A DNA stretch of 63,884 bases, counting the filler, from Chiloscyllium plagiosum (lineage: Eukaryota): NCBI RefSeq assembly GCF_004010195.1. It is 12 parts of 12 records of this genome, joined end to end, with 100 filler letters (N's around TTAATTAATTAA, not from the genome) between each part and the next. Parts side by side here need not be neighbours in the genome. Positions count along the whole stretch, not along the records: positions 50,044 to 51,147 come from NW_025127231.1; positions 51,248 to 52,503 come from NW_025142209.1; positions 52,604 to 54,824 come from NW_025210251.1; positions 54,925 to 61,133 come from NW_025199890.1; positions 61,234 to 62,370 come from NW_025130864.1; 7 more parts are not named here. One strand, 5' to 3'. The translations under genes and the position numbers were made by a program. Below the pieces are notes generated by a model. The model saw only the letters and a list, made by a program, of their open reading frames with translations, made no database searches and was not told the DNA's origin. Each line of letters opens with the position of its first letter. Position 1 is the stretch's first letter. Of this stretch, positions 50,550 through 61,816 are shown piece after piece.

Positions 50550-50853
50550 AGACACCATCGCTCCCCACACTTTATGGCCTGGTCTCCTCCTGTCAGGAGC
50601 ACAGCACCGGTTATGTGATCTTTGATTGTTTGGCGATGGACTATTCCCCTGACGTCACCAAGGCAACCTGGAAGAAAGGTGGGGAGCTAATCAAGACTGG
50701 ATTGAAGACTTACCCATCAGTGATAAACAAGAAGGGAACCTACACCCTGAGCAGCCAGTTAACCCTGCCCGAGTCAGCGGTAGGTTGCCCCAGCAAAATC
50801 TACTATGAGGTTCAACACAGCGGGTCACACAAGAGCAAAGAAATGCCATGTTC
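50550..50853 (+). pseudogene. IGHM: IgM Cmu1 exon copy 2, defective
   Basis: Paralog of 49513-49818. F-strand Cys is Tyr (KIYYEV) and the splice donor is deleted (CCAGGTAAGTG becomes TCGTG). Confidence 0.9.
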
Positions 50854-51247
50854 GTGTTGTGGGAACTGAGATAAACAGAGCATCTGGGATTAACATTAAT
50901 AAGGCATTATTTATAACCGTTTTCGTAGAATCACCTTATACAGCACAGGAAAAAGGCCCTTTGATCCATCCAGTTCACGCCTATCAATAACAGCCACCTA
51001 ACTATTCCAGTCCCATGTGCCATCACATGAGTCATTGCCTTGTGTGACTTGACTTTGCAAGGATGCATCTCAATACTTCTTACTTATTATGAGGGGCTCA
51101 TTCTCTACAAGACTTTTTAAGTACTGAGCTCCAGGCTAACACCACCANNNNNNNNNNNNNNNNNNNNNNNNNNNNNNNNNNNNNNNNNNNNTTAATTAAT
51201 TAANNNNNNNNNNNNNNNNNNNNNNNNNNNNNNNNNNNNNNNNNNNN

Positions 51248-51316
51248 CACACACAGACACACACATACAGACACACACACAGACACACACAGACACACAC
51301 ACACACACAGACACAC
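51248..51316. repeat. (CA)n/(CAGA) microsatellite
   Basis: Read directly from the sequence. Confidence 0.9.
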
Positions 51317-51331
51317 TCTCCAGTCCCTTAC

Positions 51332-51610
51332 CCCACTGATAGTGCTGAGCCTCTGCCAGGCTGCTGTGGTCAATGTGACAGGAGTATTGATCCTCATCCC
51401 CAGCATTGATCTCAATCTCGTTTTGGATCTGATTGGTCCCATCGTGGTTCGGCCGTACCCCCGAGGATTGGGTCTCAGACATGACCTCTCTATTCCTTAG
51501 CCAGGTCACCTCGATGTCCACAGGATCAAACCCAGTGACCAGGCAGGAGAGAGTGAGCGGCTTGTCCTGAAGACTGGGCTCCCTCCTGGAGATGAACACT
51601 TCAGGCTGAA
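51332..51610 (-). CDS. MHC class I alpha3 exon
   Basis: (V)QPEVFISRR..LTLSCLVTGFDPVDIEVTWLRN..VRPNHDGTNQI..EDQYSCHIDHSSL..QW. AG/GT boundaries, 279 nt. Confidence 0.93.
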
Positions 51611-51726
51611 CTGTGATGGGAAAGGGTGAAATCACAAACAACAGACAGATACTGAATGGAATGGGAGAGCGGTTTCATAGATCAGTGAGGTTAGATCAGA
51701 ACATGGAGCAAAACTGAAATACATAC

Positions 51727-52002
51727 CTTTCCTTCTGAAATAATCCTTTCCAGCTTCCAGACATCTCTTTAAATGCTCAACAAACTGTCCATGCAGCTGT
51801 GTTTCCCAGTAATTGTTCCAGGATTCATCGGAATCCCATTCCTCTTTTGTCTTCACTGCAAAGTGATTGGTTACGATCCATCTCATTCTGTCTGGGTCTA
51901 AACTGATATAATCCTTTCCATTGGCTCCAAATCTCACCGATCACTTCACAGAGCCACCATCACTGACCTCAACAGTAATAAACCATTGAAAGATGTGAAT
52001 TC
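51727..52002 (-). pseudogene. Nonclassical MHC class I alpha2 exon with in-frame stop
   Basis: (G)IHIFQWFITVEVSDGGSVK*SVRFGANGKDYISLDPDRMRW..KTKEEWD..LHGQFVEHLKRCLEAGKDYFRRK. 276 nt, AG/GT boundaries, TGA at 51941-51943. No alpha1 exon seen before the linker. Confidence 0.9.
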
Positions 52003-53395
52003 CTGTCACTAACCCAGTAAGAATCAATGATCAATAATTAATTCTTAACTGAAACTGCGAAACAATCGGATCAAAGGTGAATGGGGATCCTGTATCAGGT
52101 CCAGGGGGAGGGGGGTTACACACGGTGCTAATCCCCAGGGCCTGTGCTGTCAGAGGGGCCCAGACTCAGGCAGCACTGACCCTTACTCCAGTGGCTGCCT
52201 CATACCTCAACCTGGAGCAGATAAGGAACGGGCTCTCTGATCCGGGTCAGAATTCCAGCGTTCACATTCCCACTGTCCTGGAACGACAGCCCCATTCCAT
52301 GTGGTCATTTATTTTGATCACAGGCTGCATTCTGGGGGATGTAGTCCATGTCTGTCCGTGACCACTCTGTCAGCCTCCCACAGGCTCTGGCCCACTATCG
52401 GACTCTGTGTGTTATTTACAAGGACCCTCTCCCTGCGTGGGGCTGTGCAATCTCTTCCCCTGAGCCTGGCGGAATGGAGATGAGGGTAAATTCCTTTAAA
52501 TTGNNNNNNNNNNNNNNNNNNNNNNNNNNNNNNNNNNNNNNNNNNNNTTAATTAATTAANNNNNNNNNNNNNNNNNNNNNNNNNNNNNNNNNNNNNNNNN
52601 NNNTGATTCACATCTTCGAGCCTAATCTGTCATTCAATATGATCATGGCTGATCCTCTGTTTCAATACCAAATTCATGCTTATTCCCCCAAACCTCTGAC
52701 GTCTTTGCAATTAAAAATTGACTATCTCTTTCTTGAATATACTCAGTTGACTAGGCCTCCACAGCCTTCCGTAGTGGAGAATTCCACAAGTTCACTGAAT
52801 GAAGAAATCGCTGAGAAAAATGAAAGGGTCCAGTGAAATGAGACCCCTCTAATAGTTGGGAGAAATCAAGGAGTTAGCCTACATCAGCCCGAGGGTCAAA
52901 CAATTCTTTTATCAGCAAAGGCTATCCCCAAGGCTTCTGGTACTATCCAAAACCGCTGCTCAGGCTCTTCCACTCTACAAAAGTGTTTCGGGATCAGTGA
53001 AGTGTTCTCATCTGTCACAGTCGGATACATTCTTAATCTAGTGCAACTGCTCCTTCCTTACAAATGCAACAAAATATCAGTAATTGCTACAAATTGTCGA
53101 CTGCCAACACCAGGCAACTGTGTTCAAAGAAACGGAATCCCATCTTGAGCTGGACCTGCCAGTGTTTTATTCACTGTCTCTTCTTTGGAAACCTCCTGTT
53201 CACCGCCGCTCCACTTGCAACAAGAAAGAGAGAGAGAGAGATGGGGCTTTCAGTCGAGGAGGAGGGGCATGTGCACACTCAAGTCATTTCCTGGACCCGC
53301 CAGGTTTGTCTCATTGATTTGAAAGCAGCTGATTGCAGTACCAAACAAGATTGGACTCTGTCCGCGTTCACACAGGAAAAGCTTAAAGTAAAAAG

Positions 53396-53432
53396 ATGTA
53401 TCTCTTACTGAGCTTCATGACGTTACTGCAAT
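53396..53432 (+). CDS. TRBV: TCR Vbeta leader exon with GC donor
   Basis: MYLLLSFMTLLQ+T then gcaagt. Same 37-nt length and phase as the paralogous leader at 59543-59579, which has gtaagt. Confidence 0.75.
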
Positions 53433-53546
53433 GCAAGTGATTGTTTACCAATAATTTGAAAGAACAACTATCATTTACGCTTTATTCTTTTCCTGTCTCC
53501 TTCTCGCTAACAATTGTCTTATTTACTGACCTTTTCCTTTTCTCAG

Positions 53547-53842
53547 ACGTGAAGACAGTAAGAGTTGATCAGACTCCCAGCAGCGTCTCCAGGCCCCTCG
53601 GTAAGGCAGTGGAGTTGAGGTGCACGGTGAAGGGTGAGAGTAGCGGTAACATGTTCTGGTACAGACAATACCCGGGAAAGGAGCTGCAGCTGATGTTTTA
53701 TTCTGCAGCTACTGGAAATGTGAATAAAGAAGGAGCGACGGACGGTTTCACCGCCACACGACCGAGTGGCTCTGACTTTAACCTGGAGTCTCGCAACCTG
53801 CAGGCGCATCACTCGGCTGTTTATTACTGTGCCTGGAGTATT
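53547..53842 (+). CDS. TRBV: TCR Vbeta segment (CAWS-type), intact
   Basis: VRVDQTPSSVSRPLGKAVELRC..WYRQYPGKELQLMFYS..FTATRP..FNL..HSAVYYCAWSI. Both Cys and the Trp are present. Confidence 0.88.
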
Positions 53843-53881
53843 CACAGTGACTCAGAGAGATGGAGCAGCTCTACAAAAACC
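53843..53881 (+). other. Perfect consensus 23-RSS
   Basis: CACAGTG + 23 nt + ACAAAAACC. Confidence 0.97.
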
Positions 53882-54499
53882 CCAAAGACAGCAGGAAGCA
53901 GCTGTCAACGACATCACTCAAACGTTCGTCCTGTGAGGACAGCCCGAAGTCCCATCTCTCTTCCCTCCCCATTTAGAGCGACAAGACAAATGTGCAGCCG
54001 GAGAATTTTAAAAAGCAATAACGTCACAGCAATGATACCAGAGCGGAGGGATTTTCACTTTGGAAAGAACTGAACGACGTTGACGAACATTCTGCTCTAT
54101 CTTGCTCCTTCCTGAAAACATGCATTTATTTTTGGTCTCAACATGTAACTGTTTCAGAGAATTCCATCAGTTCATTATGATCTAGGTGAAGAAATGTCCC
54201 TTCGTTCTCAGTCGTAAGTGGCCTACCCTATATCTTTAACTATGACCGCTGGTTATGTTCTTCCTGGTCATCAGAAACGGACTTCCTGCTTTTAGCCGTG
54301 CCAAATCTTCTTGCTATTTTATACATTGCCATGAGATCCCGCGGTTATGGACCTAATCAGAGCCCTTCAATATATATTAAGAGGCTATGAAAGACAATAA
54401 CCTTTCCCTTATTTTAAAGATCAGGCTTTGCTTTTCCATGCAATTTAATTGGTCAACCGACTCAATTTTAAGCAAAATACTATATATTTTAACAGTTCA

Positions 54500-54824
54500 T
54501 GAATGGCCATGAATGTAGGGAGGCTGTGAAGAAGGTAGCACTGACAGGGGATACTTGCGGACACAGAGATGGGTTCAAGTGCGTATACTTCAACGCAAGG
54601 AGGATCAGAAATAAGGTGTGTGAACTTAAGGCGTGGATCGGTACCTGGGACTACGATGTTGTGGCCATCACGGAAACGTGGATAGAAGAGGGACAGGAAT
54701 GGTTGTTGGAGGTTCCTGGTTACAGATGTTTCAGTAAGATTAGGGAGGGTGGTAAAAAAAGAGGGGGGTGGCATTGCTAATTAGAAATGGTATAACGGCT
54801 GCAGAAAGGCAGTTCAAGGGGGAT
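54500..54824 (+). mobile_element. CR1 ORF2 N-terminal APE endonuclease fragment
   Basis: CVYFNARRIRNK..ELKAWIGTWDYDVVAITETW..PGYRCF. Confidence 0.9.
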
Positions 54825-54959
54825 NNNNNNNNNNNNNNNNNNNNNNNNNNNNNNNNNNNNNNNNNNNNTTAATTAATTAANNNNNNNNNNNNNNNNNNNN
54901 NNNNNNNNNNNNNNNNNNNNNNNNTGTAGGCTATCTCCTTGACATGTTTTGAGGGGGTT

Positions 54960-56110
54960 TACTCTGGTCCATAGCAATAGGCAGCATGGATTTGTGTAGG
55001 GAAGGTGTATCTCACAAACGTGACTGACCTTTTTTTTTTAAAGAAGTGACAAAGATGGTTAAGGGCAGGGCGGTAGATGTTGTCTATATGGGGTTGAGCA
55101 AGATCTTTGACGAGTTGGGAGGCTGATACAAAATGTGATGCCACATGTGATCTGCAGTGAGCTAGTACGGAGGAGTATACAGAACTGGCTTAATCATAGA
55201 AGACAGAAAGTAGCAGTGGAAAGTTGTATTTCTGATTGGGGATTTGTGACCAGTGATGTTCTGCAAGGATCAGTGCGAGGAACCCTGTTGTTTGTAATAC
55301 ATATACAAATGATATGGAGGAAAATGTAGGTTGTCTGATTACTAGGTTTGTGGATCACACAACGATTGATGGAGCTGCGGATAGTGAGAAGGACTGATAG
55401 AAGATAGAGCAGGATATAGATAGGCTGGAGGCATGGGCACAGAATTGGTAGATGAAGTTTAATCTGGAAAATGTGAGGTGATCATATTTTGAAAGATCTA
55501 ATGCAGAATGGAAGTATACTGTAAGTGGCAGAACTCTTTGTTGCATCATAATACAGAGGGTTCTAAGTGTACAGGTCCACAATTCCCTGAAAGTGGCAAC
55601 ATAAGTTGGTCAAGAAGCACAGAACATATTTGCTTTCATCAGTTATGACATAGATTATAAAAACTGGCAAGTACTGTTGCTGCTGTATAGAACTTCAGTT
55701 TGGTCATTTTTCAAATGTTGTGTACAATTCCAGTCACCACAATACTAACAGGATGTGGTGGCTTTTGAGAAGGTGCAGAAATGGTTTACCAGGATGTTGC
55801 CTAGTTTGAAGGATATTAACAATGAGGAGATATTGGACAAACTTAATTTCTTTTCACTTGAACATTGAAGGATGAGGTGCAACCTAATAGAGGTTTATAA
55901 ATTGAGAGATATGGATAGTTGGAGTCTTTTTCCCAGGGTAGAAATGCCAATTACTAGGTATGTTTTTTAACAAAAAGATGTGAGAGACATGTCTTTCAGA
56001 AAGAAGGTGGTAAATGTGTGTAATGCGCTGCCAGAGGTGGTGGTTCAAGCGGATACAATAACCACATTTTAAGATGCACCTGGCCAGATACATGAATAGG
56101 CAGAGGATAG
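54960..56110 (+). mobile_element. Decayed CR1 RT-3' fragment
   Basis: IQNWLNHRRQKVAVE..VTSDVLQGSV; VCNALPEVVV. Confidence 0.82.
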
Positions 56111-58389
56111 AGATAGTCAAGATTAGAGTGGTACTGGAAAAGCACAGTAGTTCAGGCAGCATTCGAGTAGTGGGAAAATCGAAGTAAATTGGTAAGGAAG
56201 CATTTTGGAAGGTAGATTGTGATGTGGAAAAATGCAGTAGTTTTGATTTTTTCAAGTCAAATATTTTAGGAGAGACCTGACCAGAGCACAATTTCAGGAG
56301 GCAGCAGAGTTCAGGCACATAGCTGTTTATTCCAGCAATTACCGGTACCATGCATGGAGTGGCACTCGACAACTGCACACAGCACTGTGTCAAATGTACT
56401 CCAGCCTCGTGCAAGCAGATATTCAGTTTAACTATTTTCCTTGTCCCTCTCTGAAATCGCTGTGCACATCTGCTCCCCTGTATAATATTGGGGAATGGTG
56501 CTGGGTTGTCAAACTGCGATTGGATCTTTTTTACATCATTCTATGCCAACAATTTGCTTGCTGCTGTGTGTTCAACTGCCAAGTAATTAGATAGGGGACT
56601 TTCAAGTTTCTCATCGCGGGAAATCCAAAGGAATATTGATTATTAATTAGTTCCAACAAACCTAAGTGGTTACATGCAATGATAGATTTCCTTAAGCTCG
56701 CAAGTTTAATTTCAATGTGTTAATTCAGTCCACACTCCAATGTCTGATCATTTCTGACTTTCCTGTAATGATTGGGTTGCTAGGGCGGGTGGGGGGGGGA
56801 GGGGTTTGGGGGGTGGGGGTCGAGCTTCTATTGTCTGAAAGCGGTTTGAATCTTTTTCTCTAATGCTTTTAGTTACCTTTTTGTATCTATGTGGATACAT
56901 AATTACTTCTGAATCTCTATGTATGATTATCTGAAGGATCTTAACGATAACTTACCCGTAATATTGTGTCAGACTGATGAAATAATTCAAGAGAAACAAC
57001 AAATTAGTGTAAAAGTTTCTTCTTATATAAATCACTGCACCTGCACATTCCATCCTAGCTAGTAGCCTTCATGACATAGACTTGCTATTTTCCATGTGTA
57101 GAGACTACATGAAAAAAAAATTCTAAAGCTCTCTAATTTCTGTCAGCCATGTTCTTCAGTCATTTTGTGCTGCTCAGTTATGGGCTGCCTTAACAAACAC
57201 AAAAGTAACATAGAATTAGAGAGACTGAAAAATACTGCAATACAGAAGGTTCTGGGTCTCCTCATGCATGAGCACGATCAGAAATACAAGTTAGTGTGGG
57301 GGAACAACAAGGAAACAAGCTCCAGGTATCCCAGTCAACCCCGAGAACACCACGACCAATAAAAATTTTCCATTACCATCAAATTACGAAGTTTCAAAGA
57401 TTCCTTTGAATGTAAACCAGGTGGAAATGTTGCCAAATGTAGCAGATGTATATCCGTCTTTGTGACAGGGAGCACACCAGGGTTAACAGTGAACAGAGTG
57501 AATTATTCAAGCAATCCTGGCATATACTAATCCACAGCTTGTGACCATCATAGCATCCAATCCACCTTCAGCCGGGTTGGCACAGTACTCTTTCAGGTAT
57601 AGGAAGATGAAACGCAGANNNNNNNNNNNNNNNNNNNNNNNNNNNNNNNNNNNNNNNNNNNNNNNNNNNNNNNNNNNNNNNNNNNNNNNNNNNNNNNNNN
57701 NNNNNNNNNNNNNNNNNNNNNNNNNNNNNNNNNNNNNNNNNNNNNNNNNNNNNNNNNNNNNNNNNNNNNNNNNNNNNNNNNNNNNNNNNNNNNNNNNNNN
57801 NNNNNNNNNNNNNNNNNNNNNNNNNNNNNNNNNNNNNNNNNNNNNNNNNNNNNNNNNNNNNNNNNNNNNNNNNNNNNNNNNNNNNNNNNNNNNNNNNNNN
57901 NNNNNNNNNNNNNNNNNNNNNNNNNNNNNNNNNNNNNNNNNNNNNNNNNNNNNNNNNNNNNNNNNNNNNNNNNNNNNNNNNNNNNNNNNNNNNNNNNNNN
58001 NNNNNNNNNNNNNNNNNNNNNNNNNNNNNAATTCACCTGGATCATTTCGTCATTACAAAGTGTCATTCAAGTGTGTTACTGTCAGTATGGTGGCCAGAGG
58101 TTCCTTAAGATTCAACTAAATAGTTTTTTCTTAAATCGATAAGGGTTAGGAATCAAACAGCAGCATGTTGGAGACTTATTGCACTTAGATACCGTGCAGA
58201 TGAATAAAAACGAAGGTCATATCGAGTGTAAGTCTGCACTTGCAAAATACGCACCAGGTTGTGGATTCAATTGAAGGTTTCAGCCTTCATGCTGGTGATG
58301 TTTGCTTGCAACTCTTTGTGATACAATAAATATGAGAGAGACAGAAGAAAGAACTAATTGGTCATGATTACTAAACATTCGGAAGGCAA

Positions 58390-58680
58390 TGAATCCCTCC
58401 AATGTGGAAATGGATTTTTCGGTCCAACAAGTTCACACCGGCCCTCTGACAAGTTCCCCACCCAGACCCGAACCGAACGCTTTGGGCAATGTAGCATAGC
58501 CAATTCACCTAAGCTGTACATGTTGGGCTTGGGACGAAACCAAGCACAAGGAGGAAACCCACGCAGACATGGGGATTGTGTTCGAACTCCACACAGAGTC
58601 GCCCAAGCCTGGAAGCGAACGCGGGTTCCTGATGCTGTGAGGCAGCAATGGTAACCACTGAGCCACAGCACCACCCACAC
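58390..58680 (-). mobile_element. V-SINE (HE1-like)
   Basis: Minus strand GTGGCTCAGTGGTTACC head and V-domain TGTGTGGAGTT..GTCTGCGTGGGTTTCCTCC. Confidence 0.83.
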
Positions 58681-58877
58681 TGGCGCTGCGAATAGTTAAA
58701 TAGCTTTTTGATATTTGTGAATATTAACTTCAAGAAAAGTTGAGTAGTTCCCACTTTTCCAGGATAAATCCAAGGACAACAAATGATCTTTCTTCCTGCC
58801 CCAAATCATAAGGGGTGAATATCCTCTTCCTCCATCTGTCTTCTTATGGAACCATGGATGAGTGTGTCATTGACTTT

Positions 58878-58896
58878 GAGCGCCATCTGCTGACTC
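58878..58896 (-). promoter_or_regulatory. CTCF-like motif ~200 bp downstream of the Vbeta RSS
   Basis: Minus strand reads GAGTCAGCAGATGGCGCTC. Matched by eye to the CCASYAGRKGGCRS core. Confidence 0.55.
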
Positions 58897-59099
58897 TGTG
58901 GATATAGAAACATTCTTACTGTTCTCCGAGAGAACTGTCATCGACTTTTAGTTGCGGTCTCAATATTATTCATCCAATTCCAGTGCATTTATATCTATTT
59001 TTTTAATAAGTCTATTCTCATAGTAATCGACGCGCCAACTTTGCAAAAGGCAAACAAAACTGTGTGATTTTGTTCTTTACAGTTGTTTGTCTTTGGGAG

Positions 59100-59138
59100 T
59101 TTTTTTGTTGAGCTGCTCTTCCTCTCTGGGTCACTGTA
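59100..59138 (-). other. 23-RSS with mutated heptamer
   Basis: TACAGTG + 23 nt + ACAAAAAAA. The spacer is homologous to 53850-53872. Confidence 0.88.
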
Positions 59139-59434
59139 AAGACTCCAGGCGCAGTAATACACGGCTGAATGATTCGTTCGAAGGCGAGAGGACTTCAGGT
59201 TGAACAGAGAAGCACTTGGTCGCTCAACGGTGAAACCGTCCACTATCCCGTCTGGAATCACATGCTGTGTGGTACTGGAGTAAAACAACAGCTGCAGTTC
59301 TTTCCCCGGGTATTGACAATACCAGTACATGTAATCATTACTGGCTACCTCAACCATGCACTTCAGTTCTAAACTGTCACTAACTACTTTAGAAACAGAT
59401 GGGGGAGTTTGGTGGACAGTCACTGAGTTCACGT
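59139..59434 (-). CDS. TRBV: TCR Vbeta segment (CAWS-type), open frame but likely unable to rearrange
   Basis: VTVHQTPPSVSKVVSDSLELKC..WYCQYPGKELQLLFYS..FTVERP..HSAVYYCAWSL. 296 nt, same as the paralog. Confidence 0.87.
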
Positions 59435-59542
59435 CTGAGGAAGAGATGGAGAAAAAGAAAGTGAATCAAATGTTTGGAGAACGTGAGATAAATTAAACAG
59501 TTAACAACGTTACGAAAGAAAATAATAAATGGTACCACTTAC

Positions 59543-59579
59543 ATCGAAATAAAATCATGAGGCACACTATTTGTTGCAT
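59543..59579 (-). CDS. TRBV: TCR Vbeta leader exon
   Basis: MQQIVCLMILFR+T, donor gtaagt. Confidence 0.82.
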
Positions 59580-60584
59580 TTTTTACTTCAAGTTTTCTTG
59601 TCGCTGAAATATAGCCAAATGGAGAAAATCCAATCACTTTAAAACAAAAGCTTTCAAATGACTTCGAAAATGTAAAGGGGCACGAAAGTGACGCAAGTTT
59701 GAAAAATATACCTCTCCCACCCGGTCTGAAAATCCCACCCCACTCTCTCCATGATTGGCTGAAGGAAAGCAGAACAGAGCAAAGGAGACAGATACAGTAG
59801 ATATAGGTGGAGAAAGCAGGGGCAGATAGTTTAAAGTGGGCATAGAGTCATAGTCATAGAGAGATGGAAACAGATCCTTCGGTCTAACTCGTCCATGCTG
59901 ACCAGATATCTTGAACAAATCTAGTCCCATTTCCTGCCACTTGTCCCACATCTCTCAGGTTATCCATGATCTGCCAAAATAAGAGAAGTCAATGAAGTAC
60001 GAACTGTTAAAAAGCGAGTACCTCTAGAAATGTCAGTGAATTGCATTGTCTCCCATCGTAATGCATATGGAACTTATGGATATTTTAGAATATGCCCAGA
60101 AATATAATCAAAGCTCAGCCTCTATTTCCAGAGAACAGGATTCAACATGGAGGATGTTATTGTTGAAAACACTGAGTAGACTCCACCGAGAAAATACATT
60201 TCAATTCTGGGCGCATGCCTCAGGGAGGATGGACTAGGTTTAGAGGGAGTGCTTTGTGGATACAGGAGCATGATACAGGGCTTTAAGGAATCAACAATAA
60301 GGACAATTTGCAATAATTTGTTCGTATTGAGTACAGAAAATTGAGGGTGATCTGCCCATGAAGCTGTTTTTCCACTTTGACACGAATATTCTCTCTCACT
60401 CTCACTCTCTCTGACACACTCAGACACACAAACACATGCGTGTGCATTTGGGTGTCGTACTTCATTTCAGATTCTTTTCTATTAACAAAATAAAACTGGT
60501 CCTCAGCTCAACACAGACAGATTCAAAGTGGGACCTCACACCTAAAGTGCAGTGTCTAACCTGAGATAACATCTCTTGTACATT

Positions 60585-60778
60585 AGGCAAAAGTGAGGTC
60601 TACAGATGCTGAAAACCAGAGTTTAGATTAGAGTGGTGCTGGAAAATCACAGCAGGTCAGGCAGCATCCGAGGAGCAGGAAAATCGTCGTTTCGGGCAAA
60701 AGCCATTCCCGTGGATTTTCCTCCTCCTCGGATGCTGCCTGAACTGCTGTGCTTTTCCAGCACCACTCTAATTTAACT
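60585..60778. mobile_element. Short fold-back Penelope-derived insertion with TSD
   Basis: 58-bp inverted arms at 60628-60685 / 60714-60771. TSD TCTTGTACATT at 60574-60584 and 60779-60789. Confidence 0.78.
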
Positions 60779-60960
60779 TCTTGTACATTGACCAAACCTT
60801 TAATTATCTAGGAACAAAAACTTAAAACGAATCTGGATTTTGTATTTTAATCAGCAGTCTACCTCCTAACTGGTTAAAGGAGTCAACAAGGGCAGTTAGG
60901 TATAAAGTTATTAACTTTTGTTTAAATAAATATTGTGTCATTTACCTCCCTATCAGACCA

Positions 60961-60995
60961 CACCTGAGGAAGGAGCGGGGCTCCGAAAGCTTGCA
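60961..60995 (+). ncRNA. Minimal hammerhead-like motif
   Basis: CTGAGGA-A-GGAGC-GGG-GCTCC-GAAA-GCTT. Stem I is weak. Confidence 0.55.
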
Positions 60996-61469
60996 ATTTT
61001 AAATAAACGTTTTGGACAATAACCAGGTATCATTTCATTTTTGATCTTGTCCATCCCAGTCCAATCTCCACATCATGAATAATATTTAGGGTGGGAGCTG
61101 GTTAATGAATCTAAGTTAATAATCAAATGTAACNNNNNNNNNNNNNNNNNNNNNNNNNNNNNNNNNNNNNNNNNNNNTTAATTAATTAANNNNNNNNNNN
61201 NNNNNNNNNNNNNNNNNNNNNNNNNNNNNNNNNCCCAGGGTGTATCTGAGCAGGGAACATTAACTGTACAAGACACTTGTCCTAGACCTGATAATAATCC
61301 ACTTTAACTACACATATGCAATGTAAGTCAGAGTGAGAAACGACTAATTCAGTATTTAACTCACAACTGGAGGAAAAATAAACTTTATTACTTTTGTTGA
61401 ATTATTAAATGTAACTTTGAGATTTTTATTGACATGAATTAACAGTGTCCATCAGTGCAAGTGAACTGT

Positions 61470-61816
61470 TTACGAAACTCGTTTACCGCTGGATTTATCG
61501 ACTGTTCTGTTGATGATCTTCAATGGAGTCGCTTCATGTCCCACCACACAGGAGTAAGAAGCACCGCTGGCCCACTCCTCCGCTGTAATGGATAACAGGC
61601 TGTAGATGAAGAAGAAGATGTTGTCACTCTCCGCCATCACCTCGGTGTTCTTGTAGTTACTGGGATTCACCGGCTTGTCATTGTTTGTCCACTTGACGAA
61701 GATCTCTCGGGGGGAGAAACCTCTCACTAAACAGGTGAGGGAGAGAAACCTCTGAGCGGAGATTTCTTCTGTTGGTGGCAGGAGGACCGACACTGATGGC
61801 TCCAGCGGATTAATCA
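61470..61816 (-). CDS. IGHM: IgM Cmu4 exon, intact Ig domain, frameshifted secretory tailpiece
   Basis: [62 protein letters not shown]. The ancestral tail (..LALMDTVNSCQ*, stop 61426-61428) persists out of frame. Donor G|GTAAAC is intact at 61487/61486. Confidence 0.93.

Noticed and set aside
52003-52503. MHC class I alpha1 exon
   Set aside because: No alpha1-like peptide seen on the minus strand; the fragment ends at the linker within the intron.
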